This document shows, one piece after another, positions 1 to 9,358 of a stretch of DNA of 64,000 nucleotides (position 1 is the first letter of the stretch; the number at the start of each line of letters is the position of its first letter). The notes under the pieces were generated by a model. The model worked only from the letters and a program-made list of their open reading frames with translations, was not told where the DNA came from and searched no databases. The DNA is from Candidatus Bathyarchaeia archaeon (GTDB lineage Archaea; Thermoproteota; Bathyarchaeia; Bathyarchaeales; Bathycorpusculaceae), in contig JBEKSS010000005.1 of assembly GCA_049516875.1 (NCBI GenBank), positions 32,001-96,000 of the forward strand. Reading direction: 5' to 3'. The position numbers were made by a program, and so were the translations under genes.

Positions 1-204
1 TATCCTCTCCTCATCTGGAACACTGTAAAATCCACGGTCCTGACACTCAATTCCGCTTACGTGAATTGCGAAAGACGGAAGCGCCTTTCTGGTCACTCTC
101 AGCAAGAAATTTCTCGCAAGAAACAATTCCTCTTCAAAATCTACTGTTTTGAGGGAACGAAAAACAATACGATAGGATTTTGCAATCTTTATGACTTCTT
201 CCAT
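1..204 (-). CDS. Hypothetical protein, partial (runs off window)
   Basis: Open frame from ATG at 204: MEEVIKIAKSYRIVFRSLKTVDFEEELFLARNFLLRV..., no stop before base 1. Confidence 0.6.
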   Translation of the reverse strand, partial: MEEVIKIAKSYRIVFRSLKTVDFEEELFLARNFLLRVTRKALPSFAIHVSGIECQDRGFYSVPDEERI

Positions 205-259
205 GACAGAGTATCCAGTTCAGTCGTTTAAAAGGCCTTTCCCGATTTGAGGCTTTCAC

Positions 260-309
260 TGGCGCAGGGTGTGGGATTCGCTTGATGTTCAAATCTCGCA
301 CCCATCACT
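260..309. other. Back-to-back tRNA 3'-end-like fragments (possible att remnant)
   Basis: Minus strand 280-260 reads CGAATCCCACACCCTGCGCCA (T-loop half, acceptor half, CCA). Plus strand 287-309 reads GTTCAAATCTCGCACCCATCACT. The two form an imperfect inverted repeat. Confidence 0.45.
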
Positions 310-360
310 GTGCAAACATAGCTTTGGTTAGGCTCCATTTCGGTTAACAGCTCCAAAATA

Positions 361-392
361 TGGCTAAAGTGGCGAAAGTGGCGAAAATGACG
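361..392. repeat. 9-bp tandem repeat (TGGCGAAAG-like, ~3.5 copies) next to a TATA box
   Basis: tggctaaag tggcgaaag tggcgaaaa tgacg, followed by TTTATAAA at 400-407. Confidence 0.6.
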
Positions 393-486
393 CACTAAAT
401 TTATAAACGAACAATACATACTTTTATCATGAGAATGGAAAGGGTGTGAAAAAACGGAAGAAACTATAAACCTTGATGACCGGCAT

Positions 487-699
487 GTGCTGATTAAAGT
501 TTATCGTGTACGCGCTACTGGCGCCGGGAACGCAACCCTGGAAACAAGTATTCCACGAGAAGTTTTTGAGCGAGAGGCCAGGCGGGCTGGCCTAACGGTT
601 GAAGAGGCATTAGAAAAACTTGTGGCCGTATGGCGCTATAACAGCTTCCCTGGAATCCACCTGACTTTCGAGCCTAAAAAGGAGAGGTCGCAATTATGA
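487..699 (+). CDS. AbrB/MazE-like small DNA-binding protein
   Basis: KVYRVRATGAGNATLETSIPREV resembles the swapped-hairpin start (x-G-x-S-L-x-V-x-I-P). Confidence 0.6.
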   Translation: MLIKVYRVRATGAGNATLETSIPREVFEREARRAGLTVEEALEKLVAVWRYNSFPGIHLTFEPKKERSQL

Positions 700-787
700 C
701 AAAGGAAAAACACCGGGTTTCTGGCCCGGTGACCCAAACGAAAACACCGATCAGGACCTAAGTTGAGCTTCGTGAGGGTAATTCTAA

Positions 788-994
788 ATGAGTAACTCTG
801 TGCTTTATAAGTTTTCAATCGGGTCGCCTGTCAAAGGGTCCACCGGCCTTGGCTGGCCCCGTTATGTCCGGTGCCCATTACTTGAGAGATGGGTTTCGAC
901 GGATGTTTGTGCGCGTATGAAATGCCGATGTTCCGACATCGAAGAGAAAACCGCTACTGCTTACGCTGTCATGGCAAAGTCTTTTGGAGCGTGA
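788..994 (+). CDS. Small Cys-rich hypothetical protein
   Basis: ORF with RCP...C..MKCRC, in operon context. Confidence 0.5.
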   Translation: MSNSVLYKFSIGSPVKGSTGLGWPRYVRCPLLERWVSTDVCARMKCRCSDIEEKTATAYAVMAKSFGA

Positions 995-999
995 TTTGT

Positions 1000-1479
1000 A
1001 TGAGTCAACAACCTCAGCAGAGCTTGGACAGAACCATTGTACTGGGCCAAGTGGAAGAGCTCAGAAAAACGGTTGAAGATGTTAGAGCGGCCTTAGATGA
1101 GTTGAAGCAAAGAATCATCAAGTTAGAAGCTGACGCAGGCGTGACGGAAACAGGCCTCAGCGCGGTTGCCAGCGCATTAGAGCTTCGCGGGATCCTCAAG
1201 AATGGTGAACCTGTTCAGGAAAAAGAGCCCGCAGCAGCCGTGAAAGAGGAAACCTTCGCAATCCTGAAGTGGGAGTCTCAGCAGGGCGCCAAGATAGGGT
1301 CCTATGATGTTGCCTACGAGGCCAGCAACCTCGAGGACAAGTGGACGTCAGCCTTCAACATTCTGAGGCAAAATAACAGCACGATAAAGGACAGGTATCA
1401 CGGTCAAGGCTACGAATTTTCGTACTGGCTTTATGGCGAGGGCAAAATCTACAAGCAAAGATTGAAGGCGAAAACTTGA
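1000..1479 (+). CDS. Hypothetical protein with N-terminal coiled coil
   Basis: Likely start ATG 1000 (MSQQPQQ...) just after the stop of the previous gene; heptad pattern VEELRKTVEDVRAALDELKQRI. Confidence 0.75.
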   Translation: MSQQPQQSLDRTIVLGQVEELRKTVEDVRAALDELKQRIIKLEADAGVTETGLSAVASALELRGILKNGEPVQEKEPAAAVKEETFAILKWESQQGAKIGSYDVAYEASNLEDKWTSAFNILRQNNSTIKDRYHGQGYEFSYWLYGEGKIYKQRLKAKT

Positions 1480-1784
1480 GAGTACATTGTACGTACGGAT
1501 CTTCGGTTTTCATGGTTCGTATCCCAAAAGAGCAGGAAGACATGATCGTTCTAGTCTGTTTCGGATGTAAGAAGTCCTGGCCTGTGAAGGTTGACTGTTT
1601 GCCGAAACCTGAGTGTCCCAAATGCTCTTCTGTGACGTTCATTGTTCATACTCCACCGAAGAGCACAGCAACCCGCGACAAAATAGTATGGTTAATTTGC
1701 GATGAATGCCGGGCGCTTCAAAACATCAAGTTTGGCGAACTTACGGAAGTTGACTCTGGCGGCGTTTTGAAGAGGAAGGTGTAA
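1476..1784 (+). CDS. Zinc-ribbon protein
   Basis: Three CxxC pairs (CFGC, CPKC, CDEC); TTGA start/stop overlap. Confidence 0.7.
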   Translation: MRVHCTYGSSVFMVRIPKEQEDMIVLVCFGCKKSWPVKVDCLPKPECPKCSSVTFIVHTPPKSTATRDKIVWLICDECRALQNIKFGELTEVDSGGVLKRKV

Positions 1785-1786
1785 CA

Positions 1787-3718
1787 TTGCCAGGCGTCAA
1801 ACTTGATGATGATTTTTACATCGAGAAAACAGCAGAGGGTTATGTTCTTCTTGATCCCGGCGGCAAGGCTGTCCTGGGTCCATTTACGCTGACAGACAAA
1901 TCAATAATGAAAAAGATTGAAGAGCGCACGGGGGCGTCAGAAAAGGCTGTGGAGAGTGCTCTGGCCGAGCTTGCAGTACTATCTGCTGAAGAAACTAAAA
2001 AGACAAAGGCGGACAAGGAGAAGAGAGTCAAGAAAAAACTGAAGGATTCAGGGCTCACGGTTGAGGGTTCCTTTGAAGCAATTTACTCAGACGATAAGCC
2101 CTGTTTTTTGTTGAAGAATGGTGAGAGCTTCAGTATTGTCGAGAGCCTTGACAGTGATGGAGAAAAGGTTTTCCCGAAAGAGGCGAGAAACGTCCCTTAC
2201 GAGCCCTATGGCTATTTTCAAGGTTCTGTTCCAAACAGGGAAGACTTGTTCTGGCGGGTCCGGCAGGAGTTTGACACATGGATAGATGTGGAGCCTATCT
2301 GGAAAGATGTCTTAACCGCGTTAGTAATCTTGACGTACCTTCAGGAGAAACTTCGAACGGTACCATACATTTTCCTCTTTGGCGACAACGAATCGGGCAA
2401 AAGCACGGTCCTGCAGCTGCTAAAGTTTCTGTGTTACAGACCCATGTACGGGGTGACCATTCCAGCCGCGGACCTCTACGGGTACTTGGAAGACAGCGAC
2501 AGCATAGGCTGCATCTTGGAAGACGAAGTTCAGGGTATCAACAAGGACACGGACAAGATCAAGATTTACAAGGCAGGCTACAAGGCGGGAGCTGTCGTGC
2601 CGAGGACCCTTATCACCCAGAACGACCGTATCATAAAGTATTACAAAACTTTCAGTTTCAAAGCATGCGCGAGTGAACAGATACCACAGGTAAAGGGTTT
2701 CGCTGAGAGATTTCTCTTCATTCCTATGGTCGAAGGTTTTCCCCTGAAGGAGTGGGCGGACGCGACAGAAGAGGACTTGCACCGTCTTCACACTCTGCGA
2801 GATATCCTTTTGAAGTGGCGCATGCTCAGCCGAGACTGGGACTTGCCTAGCCTGGAGCTGCAGATGAAGGGGCGGCTTAAGGAACTGTGGAAGCCCATTC
2901 TACAGGTCACGCATGGCCTGCCGGTCTATGAGGACCTCTTCAAGTTTGTGGAGACCCAGAAAAACGAGAGGCTAAGCAACAGGCAGAACACTCTCGAGGG
3001 GCACATCGTCAAGGTCGTCGTCGACCTTCACAACGAGATGAGAGAGGAGAAGTCGAATCTTCCTTTCACGCTAATCTGGGAGGAACTCGTTCACGATCTC
3101 AACGGCAAACTTGACGACCGGAAACCACACGTTATGGACACAAGCGAGTTCTTCGAGGTGACTAAGAACAAGGTTGGTTATCGGCTGCGAGAAGTGCTTA
3201 GTGGCAGAACAACAGTGATAAAAGACAGAGATAGCGATGGAAAGCGTGTTTCTGTTAAAGCATATGTTTTCGACTCTGAGAAGTTGAGGCGTGTAGCCAA
3301 AAAGTATGGTTATGAAGTGTCTACTAAGTTACCGAGTCTACTAAGTTCCGAGAGTGCGCTCACGCCTGAAAGTATGGATAAAACCACTCTTAACAATGTT
3401 GAAAAAGAGCCTTGTACACCTCAGGAACTCGGTAGACTTAGTAACTCAGTAGACAGCCAAAAAGAGCCCTCTGGACTAGCTGTAGAAGACTCTTCTATAT
3501 CGAAAAATCCATTAAAAGAAAGTGTCGTAGACGAAAGGCTGTCAAACTCGGTAACAACCGAGCATACTCCTGGCGAAGAGGAAAGGGTTTGCGGTAAGTG
3601 CGCATCATGGCATAAACCAGGCTGTTCCTATCCAGAAGGCGAGCCTTCTTGTGTCACTCCATTGAACCGGTATGCCGCTGATTGTAAGGACTTCATTGCC
3701 GAGGAGGCCAAGGCATGA
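1787..3718 (+). CDS. P-loop ATPase, putative replicative helicase/Rep, with C-terminal Zn finger
   Basis: Walker A GDNESGKST, Walker B CILEDE, Arg-finger-like AERF, C-terminal CGKC..H..GC...C...C; position typical of an MGE replication gene. Confidence 0.75.
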   Translation: MPGVKLDDDFYIEKTAEGYVLLDPGGKAVLGPFTLTDKSIMKKIEERTGASEKAVESALAELAVLSAEETKKTKADKEKRVKKKLKDSGLTVEGSFEAIYSDDKPCFLLKNGESFSIVESLDSDGEKVFPKEARNVPYEPYGYFQGSVPNREDLFWRVRQEFDTWIDVEPIWKDVLTALVILTYLQEKLRTVPYIFLFGDNESGKSTVLQLLKFLCYRPMYGVTIPAADLYGYLEDSDSIGCILEDEVQGINKDTDKIKIYKAGYKAGAVVPRTLITQNDRIIKYYKTFSFKACASEQIPQVKGFAERFLFIPMVEGFPLKEWADATEEDLHRLHTLRDILLKWRMLSRDWDLPSLELQMKGRLKELWKPILQVTHGLPVYEDLFKFVETQKNERLSNRQNTLEGHIVKVVVDLHNEMREEKSNLPFTLIWEELVHDLNGKLDDRKPHVMDTSEFFEVTKNKVGYRLREVLSGRTTVIKDRDSDGKRVSVKAYVFDSEKLRRVAKKYGYEVSTKLPSLLSSESALTPESMDKTTLNNVEKEPCTPQELGRLSNSVDSQKEPSGLAVEDSSISKNPLKESVVDERLSNSVTTEHTPGEEERVCGKCASWHKPGCSYPEGEPSCVTPLNRYAADCKDFIAEEAKA

Positions 3719-4122
3719 CAGCTGTCGAGAAGCAGAGAACTAGCATGAACGGCCATCTGTCTGTCCTGGTCCAGCGGGTTCACGATGACGAGACACGGCT
3801 TGGCTACGCGAGTAAAGAACACCTCATCGACGTTTGCGAGTTCATATTGTCTTGGCCAGGCAGGTATGGTCGCGTAGAATATTCCGAGGCCATAAAACTT
3901 CTTGCACATTACCGTCTTGCGAAACTCGCAAACGTTTACCATAGTTATCGTGGCACGTGCCGGCGTCTCATTGAGGCTGAACGTGCGAAGCCGTATTTTG
4001 GGCGGTGCAGACGCTGCGGCAAAACCATTTCAAATCCAATCAGCCTGGCCTTTGGACACGGTCCAATTTGTAGAAAAAAACTTGGAATTCATGAGAAAGC
4101 TGGAGATCCGCAAGAGGGATAG
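3715..4122 (+). CDS. DUF6011-like Zn-finger protein
   Basis: CRRCGKTISNPISLAFGHGPIC matches the CxxCG...S...GxGPxC signature seen in phage proteins. Confidence 0.7.
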   Translation: MTAVEKQRTSMNGHLSVLVQRVHDDETRLGYASKEHLIDVCEFILSWPGRYGRVEYSEAIKLLAHYRLAKLANVYHSYRGTCRRLIEAERAKPYFGRCRRCGKTISNPISLAFGHGPICRKKLGIHEKAGDPQEG

Positions 4123-4125
4123 AAA

Positions 4126-5028
4126 GTGACCCAGGACGTCGTTGAACCGAAAGCATCCATCGTTGAATCTTCACCGGAGCTCAGGGTGAACCCTGAGTAT
4201 GAGAGGTTGCTGCCAAGGCTGAGTGTGCGTGAGTTTGAGGCCCTGAAACTTTCAATCAAGACTGAAGGCCAGCACTTCCCGATAGCCGTAAACCCTCAAC
4301 ATGAAATCTTGGACGGACACACCAGGGCGAGGGCCTGCAAAGAGTTGGGCGTGGCACCGGAGTATGAAGTGAAATCCTTCTCAAACAAACTGCTGGAAAA
4401 GAAGTTCGTCGTGGAAGCGAACCTGAGACGGCGGCAGCTGAATCGATTTGAGAAGGCAGAGCTCGGCAAGGTCCTTCTCGAAGTTGAATCTAAACTTGCC
4501 AGACAAAGACAGTTGTCCAAGCTCAAACGGGGGACTGAAACCACGTCTGGACCAAATGGTCCGAACGGGGAAAAGGGTCGAGCTCGTGACCTTGTTGGCA
4601 AGCAAATCGGCCTGAGCTCCACAACCTTTCACAGAGCCCTAACAATCATGGACAAGGGCTCGGAAGACTTGAAAGCCGAAGTGAGAGAGGGAAAGACAAG
4701 CATAGCCCACGCCTACCAGACGGTTCGGCCAGAGGCGACCCACCAGAAGCCACGTGAAATCAGCCGGGTTGAAACTTCACCTGCACTGAAGAACCAGACC
4801 GACGTCCAGACGCATCACGAAAAGAATGCCTCTCCCAAAAATGAAAATGACCAGCGTGTACCTCGCACAATTCTCTTTTGGCCCTACGAACTGGCTATCA
4901 TCCAGCGGTTCACACCAGGGCCGCCGCCGACTACGTTTGAAGATCTCGTCCATAAGGCTGCCTACGACAAGTACGTCAAAGGACAACCAGTTCGAAGCCG
5001 GCTGAGCTCAGGGGAAGTGATTGGGTGA
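4126..5028 (+). CDS. ParB/Srx N-terminal domain plus HTH protein
   Basis: LKLSIKTEGQHFPIAV...ILDGHTRARAC...NLRRRQL; HTH ARDLVGKQIGLSSTT. Confidence 0.85.
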   Translation: MTQDVVEPKASIVESSPELRVNPEYERLLPRLSVREFEALKLSIKTEGQHFPIAVNPQHEILDGHTRARACKELGVAPEYEVKSFSNKLLEKKFVVEANLRRRQLNRFEKAELGKVLLEVESKLARQRQLSKLKRGTETTSGPNGPNGEKGRARDLVGKQIGLSSTTFHRALTIMDKGSEDLKAEVREGKTSIAHAYQTVRPEATHQKPREISRVETSPALKNQTDVQTHHEKNASPKNENDQRVPRTILFWPYELAIIQRFTPGPPPTTFEDLVHKAAYDKYVKGQPVRSRLSSGEVIG

Positions 5029-5372
5029 GCAAGGAAGTAGAATTTCTCGTCAAGTTACGCGATGCAGCTCAAATGATGGCCGACGCCTGCCAGGAGCTTC
5101 TAGAGTCAAAGTCACCCACGCAAGAGCCCAGCCAGCCGAGGATCCCTGTTCTGGACCTGGCTCAGGTCAACGCCCTGCCATGGAAACCATACGAGAAGCA
5201 ACCAGCAGGCGCATGGATATTCACGAATAACCGACGGCCCACGGGCTCTGATAAACTCATTGAAGCCGTCAAAGGCGCCAACGGGAAACTGGAGCTCGGC
5301 GAATACAAGTACAGCCTTTCAAGAGACCCGTCAAAACCCTTCCTCAGCCGCTGGCCAACGAAAAAGAAATAG
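5025..5372 (+). CDS. Hypothetical protein
   Basis: 115-aa ORF with GTGA overlap with the ParB gene. Confidence 0.7.
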   Translation: MSKEVEFLVKLRDAAQMMADACQELLESKSPTQEPSQPRIPVLDLAQVNALPWKPYEKQPAGAWIFTNNRRPTGSDKLIEAVKGANGKLELGEYKYSLSRDPSKPFLSRWPTKKK

Positions 5373-5603
5373 GATGGAGAAAGGTCTTGCTCACGAACAG
5401 CGGACATAGCACCACCTTACGGCGGCGAACACTCTGGAGCAGGGCTTCAAGGACGCGCCCAGCCGCAGACCCTCTAAAACCAATAAGGAAGGGTGTTCGA
5501 AGGCAAATAGGCCTGATGTCCGAGCTGCAGAAAACCAAGTTGTATTCAAAAGACCATTGTAGGATGGGTTTGTATCTTCACAATAACACAGGAAGGACAT
5601 GAT

Positions 5604-5828
5604 ATGACCATTAAGAATCAAAGCCACTTTTCTGACAATTTGAGCGAATGGGAAAAGAGGGGCAACCTCAAAACGATGATGGTTCTGAACGTGACCTCGA
5701 GAGGCAGCAGCTTGGCTGTGATCATTCCTAGAGACGTTGTGGAAGTCAACGGCTTGGTTTCAGGCGACAGAGTTAGGGTTTGGCTCTTGGACCATTATCG
5801 GAGAAGAAGGCGTGGTGAAACAACTTGA
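5604..5828 (+). CDS. AbrB/MazE/SpoVT family DNA-binding protein
   Basis: SRGSSLAVIIPRDVVEVNGLVSGDRVRV. Confidence 0.85.
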   Translation: MTIKNQSHFSDNLSEWEKRGNLKTMMVLNVTSRGSSLAVIIPRDVVEVNGLVSGDRVRVWLLDHYRRRRRGETT

Positions 5829-5986
5829 AGGGAGACGAGGAATGCGAGGAACATCAATGCGAATATCTGAAGTGGTGTGTTTGGCATCCTGAGGACTGCC
5901 AAGGAAAGCCTTGGGACAAAAGAAGAGTCGTCGATACCATCAGAAACAATCGCTCCAGAGCCCTAACAAGGATTCCGCACCCTTAA
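5825..5986 (+). CDS. Small Cys/His-rich protein (53 aa, not in the ORF track)
   Basis: TTGA overlap with the previous stop, upstream GGTGA SD; MKGDEECEEHQCEYLKWCVWHPEDC... Confidence 0.5.
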   Translation: MKGDEECEEHQCEYLKWCVWHPEDCQGKPWDKRRVVDTIRNNRSRALTRIPHP

Positions 5987-6162
5987 TGGATCAGAAAAGC
6001 ACTCAACCCCAGAGCCCAGACAGAAAACGACAGTGCTACATCTCATAGAATTAGTGCTCTGAAGCACTTCCTTCTCTTCTCAAGGCTTCAACGATTCGTT
6101 TCCTAGACGCTTGGGCTTCTTCGTCAAGCGGCGGTCCACATCTTGCAGACTGCTTCAACCCG

Positions 6163-7383
6163 TCACTCCGGAACACTGAATCCTTCTTTCTTCAAGGCAC
6201 CTAAGACTGTTTCCCGAGCTTCTGGCGGCACTTCCCTGGACCCTGCTGGCATCAATGCGGAAGCGATGTTTTGAGCTGCTTTCGACGCCGGCGCCTCTTT
6301 CAAAATCTCTCGTCCGAAATCCGTCAGCTTTTCAAGCCCCTGTCCAATTAACTTGAATTCATCAGTCCGCCATTCACCAAGATTCCCCCTGAGTCCTCGG
6401 ATCTCGTCTTTGAGTTCCCCAATCTGCCCACGCATTGCGTCTCGATCTTTTTGGTCTAACTCTTTCTCCTTGGTTTTCAACTCAGCCTCAAGTTTCTCTA
6501 TCTTTTCACCCAGCTTGCTCACTGAACCATCGTCTAGCAGCGTTTTCGGAGTCTCGAGTTTCTTGTTGATATTTTCCAGGCTATTATTGATGGTTCGAAG
6601 TCCATCGTCAACTTTTTCGATTCTGCCCTCCATATCTCTGAAACGCAGTTGCGTACGCATATCATCTTCTGAGTACATGCGTGGCGACTGGTCCATACCG
6701 CGGTCTGGGTACAACCCTCCACCACCCTTGCCGTAGCCGTAATCAGGATATCCTTGTGGACGCGGCTGCCCCACTCGATAGCCCTGAAAGGTTCCCCCCA
6801 TGCCTCGCATCCGGTCCAAATGAAAACTTTCAGCGACTCTTTGAACCCTTTGAACGATATCCATGACATCAGCATCGCTCAGCCTCGGGTTAAACCTGGC
6901 TATAAGAGCATGGAGCCTGTACGCGTCGAAAATCAACTCCTCATCTGAGGCAAAACGCTTGAGAATATAGGCAGACGCCTTCTCAGACGCTCCAGGAACG
7001 CTCATTAATTCCTCTTCTAAAGTCCGGGACATTTCGTCGCGCATGTCCTGGAGCGGATCCGGCTTCCCTTCTGTTCGTCTGGGGGGCTCCTCCTTGTGTG
7101 GTTCTTTCCCTTGAAGTTGTCCTGAACGGATGAGCCACCCTCGAAGGCCGTGGATAGTCTGAGTGCTGAGGCCTGTCACGTGCGATATCTCCTGCACATC
7201 AGTTTCACCCTGGAGAAGAGCCTGGATAGCCTGCTCACGAGGCCCTTCCTTCCCAGCCTCGTTCTCCATCCTGAGAGGTCCTTCTTCTCCTTCAAGGGTT
7301 TCTCCAGGTTTCTCCAAGGGTCCCTGAGCGTCACCTTGAGCCCGCTTGAGTTTCTCTTTTAAGCCACCCTCTTCTGCCATCAT
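6163..7383 (-). CDS. Hypothetical protein with HTH and long coiled coil
   Basis: HTH-like DVQEISHVTGLSTQTIHGLR; C-terminal heptads. Confidence 0.8.
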   Translation of the reverse strand: MMAEEGGLKEKLKRAQGDAQGPLEKPGETLEGEEGPLRMENEAGKEGPREQAIQALLQGETDVQEISHVTGLSTQTIHGLRGWLIRSGQLQGKEPHKEEPPRRTEGKPDPLQDMRDEMSRTLEEELMSVPGASEKASAYILKRFASDEELIFDAYRLHALIARFNPRLSDADVMDIVQRVQRVAESFHLDRMRGMGGTFQGYRVGQPRPQGYPDYGYGKGGGGLYPDRGMDQSPRMYSEDDMRTQLRFRDMEGRIEKVDDGLRTINNSLENINKKLETPKTLLDDGSVSKLGEKIEKLEAELKTKEKELDQKDRDAMRGQIGELKDEIRGLRGNLGEWRTDEFKLIGQGLEKLTDFGREILKEAPASKAAQNIASALMPAGSREVPPEARETVLGALKKEGFSVPE

Positions 7384-7445
7384 CTAAGCCTCATTTTAAA
7401 AGATTTAAAGGCAGTTCGTTAATAAACTTTGAAGAGGCGAACACT

Positions 7446-7889
7446 ATGACTCAGCAACCGGAAAAAACAAAAACGTCAACCCGAGGCGCCATTCTAGGCC
7501 AACTCATTACCGCTCAAAGGCTTCAGGCTCCGGGTCAAGGGCTCCCGAGCACTCAGGAACCGGGAGTTCCGCAGCAGGTTTTCGGGCTTCAGAACGTGCT
7601 GGACAAAATAGACCAGGTGCGAGCTCAGTTCCGTGGGCAAACGGGTTTCAAGCCTGGGTTGATCGCGGAAAGACGTGCCCTGCGAAGGTCTGAGGTGCTG
7701 ACGGCCGTCAGCTCTCCGAAGACGATCATCGTGAAAAATACGGAAACTGAAGATGCTCCTGCACCTGCTCCGCCTCCGAAAGCAGCCTTCAAATGCCCCT
7801 GGGAAAACTGTGGCTTCGAAACTGAAGATGCTGCGGCGTTTCAGTTTCATGTCACGGACCACAGTCGATTTCACCCAAAGAGCTATTGA
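7446..7889 (+). CDS. Hypothetical protein with C-terminal C2H2 Zn finger
   Basis: FKCPWENCGFETEDAAAFQFHVTDH. Confidence 0.75.
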   Translation: MTQQPEKTKTSTRGAILGQLITAQRLQAPGQGLPSTQEPGVPQQVFGLQNVLDKIDQVRAQFRGQTGFKPGLIAERRALRRSEVLTAVSSPKTIIVKNTETEDAPAPAPPPKAAFKCPWENCGFETEDAAAFQFHVTDHSRFHPKSY

Positions 7890-8311
7890 ATATGTCATCA
7901 AATCCTCTGGTTCTGCGACCTCTCGGCAGAAAATCGCAAGAACTAACTGCGCTTGATAGGAAACCCAACTGGCTTGGTTTTTTGCGCGTTCGATATTTCT
8001 GCAGGACTCACCATATCGAGGAAACCCTTAGGATGCCCGTTCTGCAAATTTCCCCCTCGAGCACAAGGTGGCGAAAGCTCAGAAAGCCGTGGTTTCATGT
8101 CTACTACAAAAAAATGCATAACTTTATGCTTTTTGAGAAGGTTCTCGTGGACTCGAGAGTTCAGGACATCGCCATCCGCGGAGCTGTTGACTGTATGTTT
8201 GAAGTTATCCGCAAAGAAACCACTTTGGATGGCTTCTTGGAGACGTGGTTCGAAAACAAACATGGCCGAGTAGAATATTCAGTGAAGAGAGAAGAAGTGG
8301 GGGACGATTGA
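7886..8311 (+). CDS. Hypothetical protein
   Basis: 141-aa ORF overlapping the previous stop. Confidence 0.6.
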   Translation: MNMSSNPLVLRPLGRKSQELTALDRKPNWLGFLRVRYFCRTHHIEETLRMPVLQISPSSTRWRKLRKPWFHVYYKKMHNFMLFEKVLVDSRVQDIAIRGAVDCMFEVIRKETTLDGFLETWFENKHGRVEYSVKREEVGDD

Positions 8312-8335
8312 ACCCTTTTGCAGTGTTTCGCGCGG

Positions 8336-8851
8336 TCAATAACCCATAGCCATGAAGTTTAGTGGGTAAGACCCTTGACCTATGGCGATATACGGGTTGT
8401 TAGCGAACGTTGGGCTTCCGACAGTGGCGAATGATCCTGGACGCGGCGCACATTTCAGACGAGGCTCATAGGTTCCGATGGTTCTGGCAACTGGGCTTCC
8501 TGTGGTAAGCATAACTATGGGAGTGGCAGAGTAGGGCGCATTAAAAGTAGTGTATCGGGGCGTGCCAATTCGGATAAATCCTGCCTGTTGCATGTAGGTC
8601 TGGATTCTGACAGTGTTGTTCGAGGACCCTGGGTTAACGACTCTTGCGTGGGCAATGATGGATAGGGGTGTTCCACCGGTGAGTATCATGTTGGTTACGG
8701 ATGTTAAGCCCAAGGTTCCGGCGGGAATCTCTCTTTCTGTCGACGGCCATCTCTGATTGATAATTCCTTCAGAAATCCTTCTCTGAGCGCCAATGACGCC
8801 TGAGGCGATCTCCTCCCTCGTGACTTGCACACGCCTTACGATTACCGGCAA
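8336..8851 (-). CDS. Beta-rich putative virion/fibre protein
   Basis: TTFNAPYSATPIVMLT and terminal YIAIG/FMAMGY resemble H-type-lectin/gp53-like fibre repeats; AGGTG SD upstream. Confidence 0.55.
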   Translation of the reverse strand: MPVIVRRVQVTREEIASGVIGAQRRISEGIINQRWPSTEREIPAGTLGLTSVTNMILTGGTPLSIIAHARVVNPGSSNNTVRIQTYMQQAGFIRIGTPRYTTFNAPYSATPIVMLTTGSPVARTIGTYEPRLKCAPRPGSFATVGSPTFANNPYIAIGQGSYPLNFMAMGY

Positions 8852-8862
8852 GGTGTTTACAC

Positions 8863-9282
8863 CTACAACTCTACGCCTTCAAACGCGACGCCTGCCCACC
8901 GTGCGCTGCCAAGTTGCAACAGCCTTAGTTGGAATGTGCCTGGTCCCAGCGAGTGTACGGGCTCATCCACTTTTCCGCTGCGGTTTTCAACTCCTCTTCC
9001 CTGCAGATAGCCAATATCAACCGTTCCGTTGATTTGCCCCGGCGCGAGCGTTCCAGTCTTGGTTAGAGCCCACCAGAGCTCAGCTGAACCCGCTTGAATG
9101 CTCAGGTACGTCATTTGAAAAACACTGCCTGGAGCCACCCTGTGGCTTCCAGCCGTGACCGTGACGCCGGTTCCCCTTACACGGGAGGCCCTCATGAGCG
9201 TCAGAGTCGGAACTATCTGGTCTATGAACTGTCTCTTACGCGGGTCGAGTATCTCATGCCTTTCTACCCTAATTTCAGGCAT
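8863..9282 (-). CDS. Beta-rich putative jelly-roll-like virion protein
   Basis: Alternating beta-strand pattern, Gly-rich turns, C-terminal strand VAFEGVEL; likely start ATG 9282. Confidence 0.5.
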   Translation of the reverse strand: MPEIRVERHEILDPRKRQFIDQIVPTLTLMRASRVRGTGVTVTAGSHRVAPGSVFQMTYLSIQAGSAELWWALTKTGTLAPGQINGTVDIGYLQGRGVENRSGKVDEPVHSLGPGTFQLRLLQLGSARWAGVAFEGVEL

Positions 9283-9358
9283 TCGTTCACTTTCCATTAA
9301 TAACTTCATCTTGAAATGCTTTTAAGCGTTTGAAGGCGATTCTTATTATGGTGAGCAC

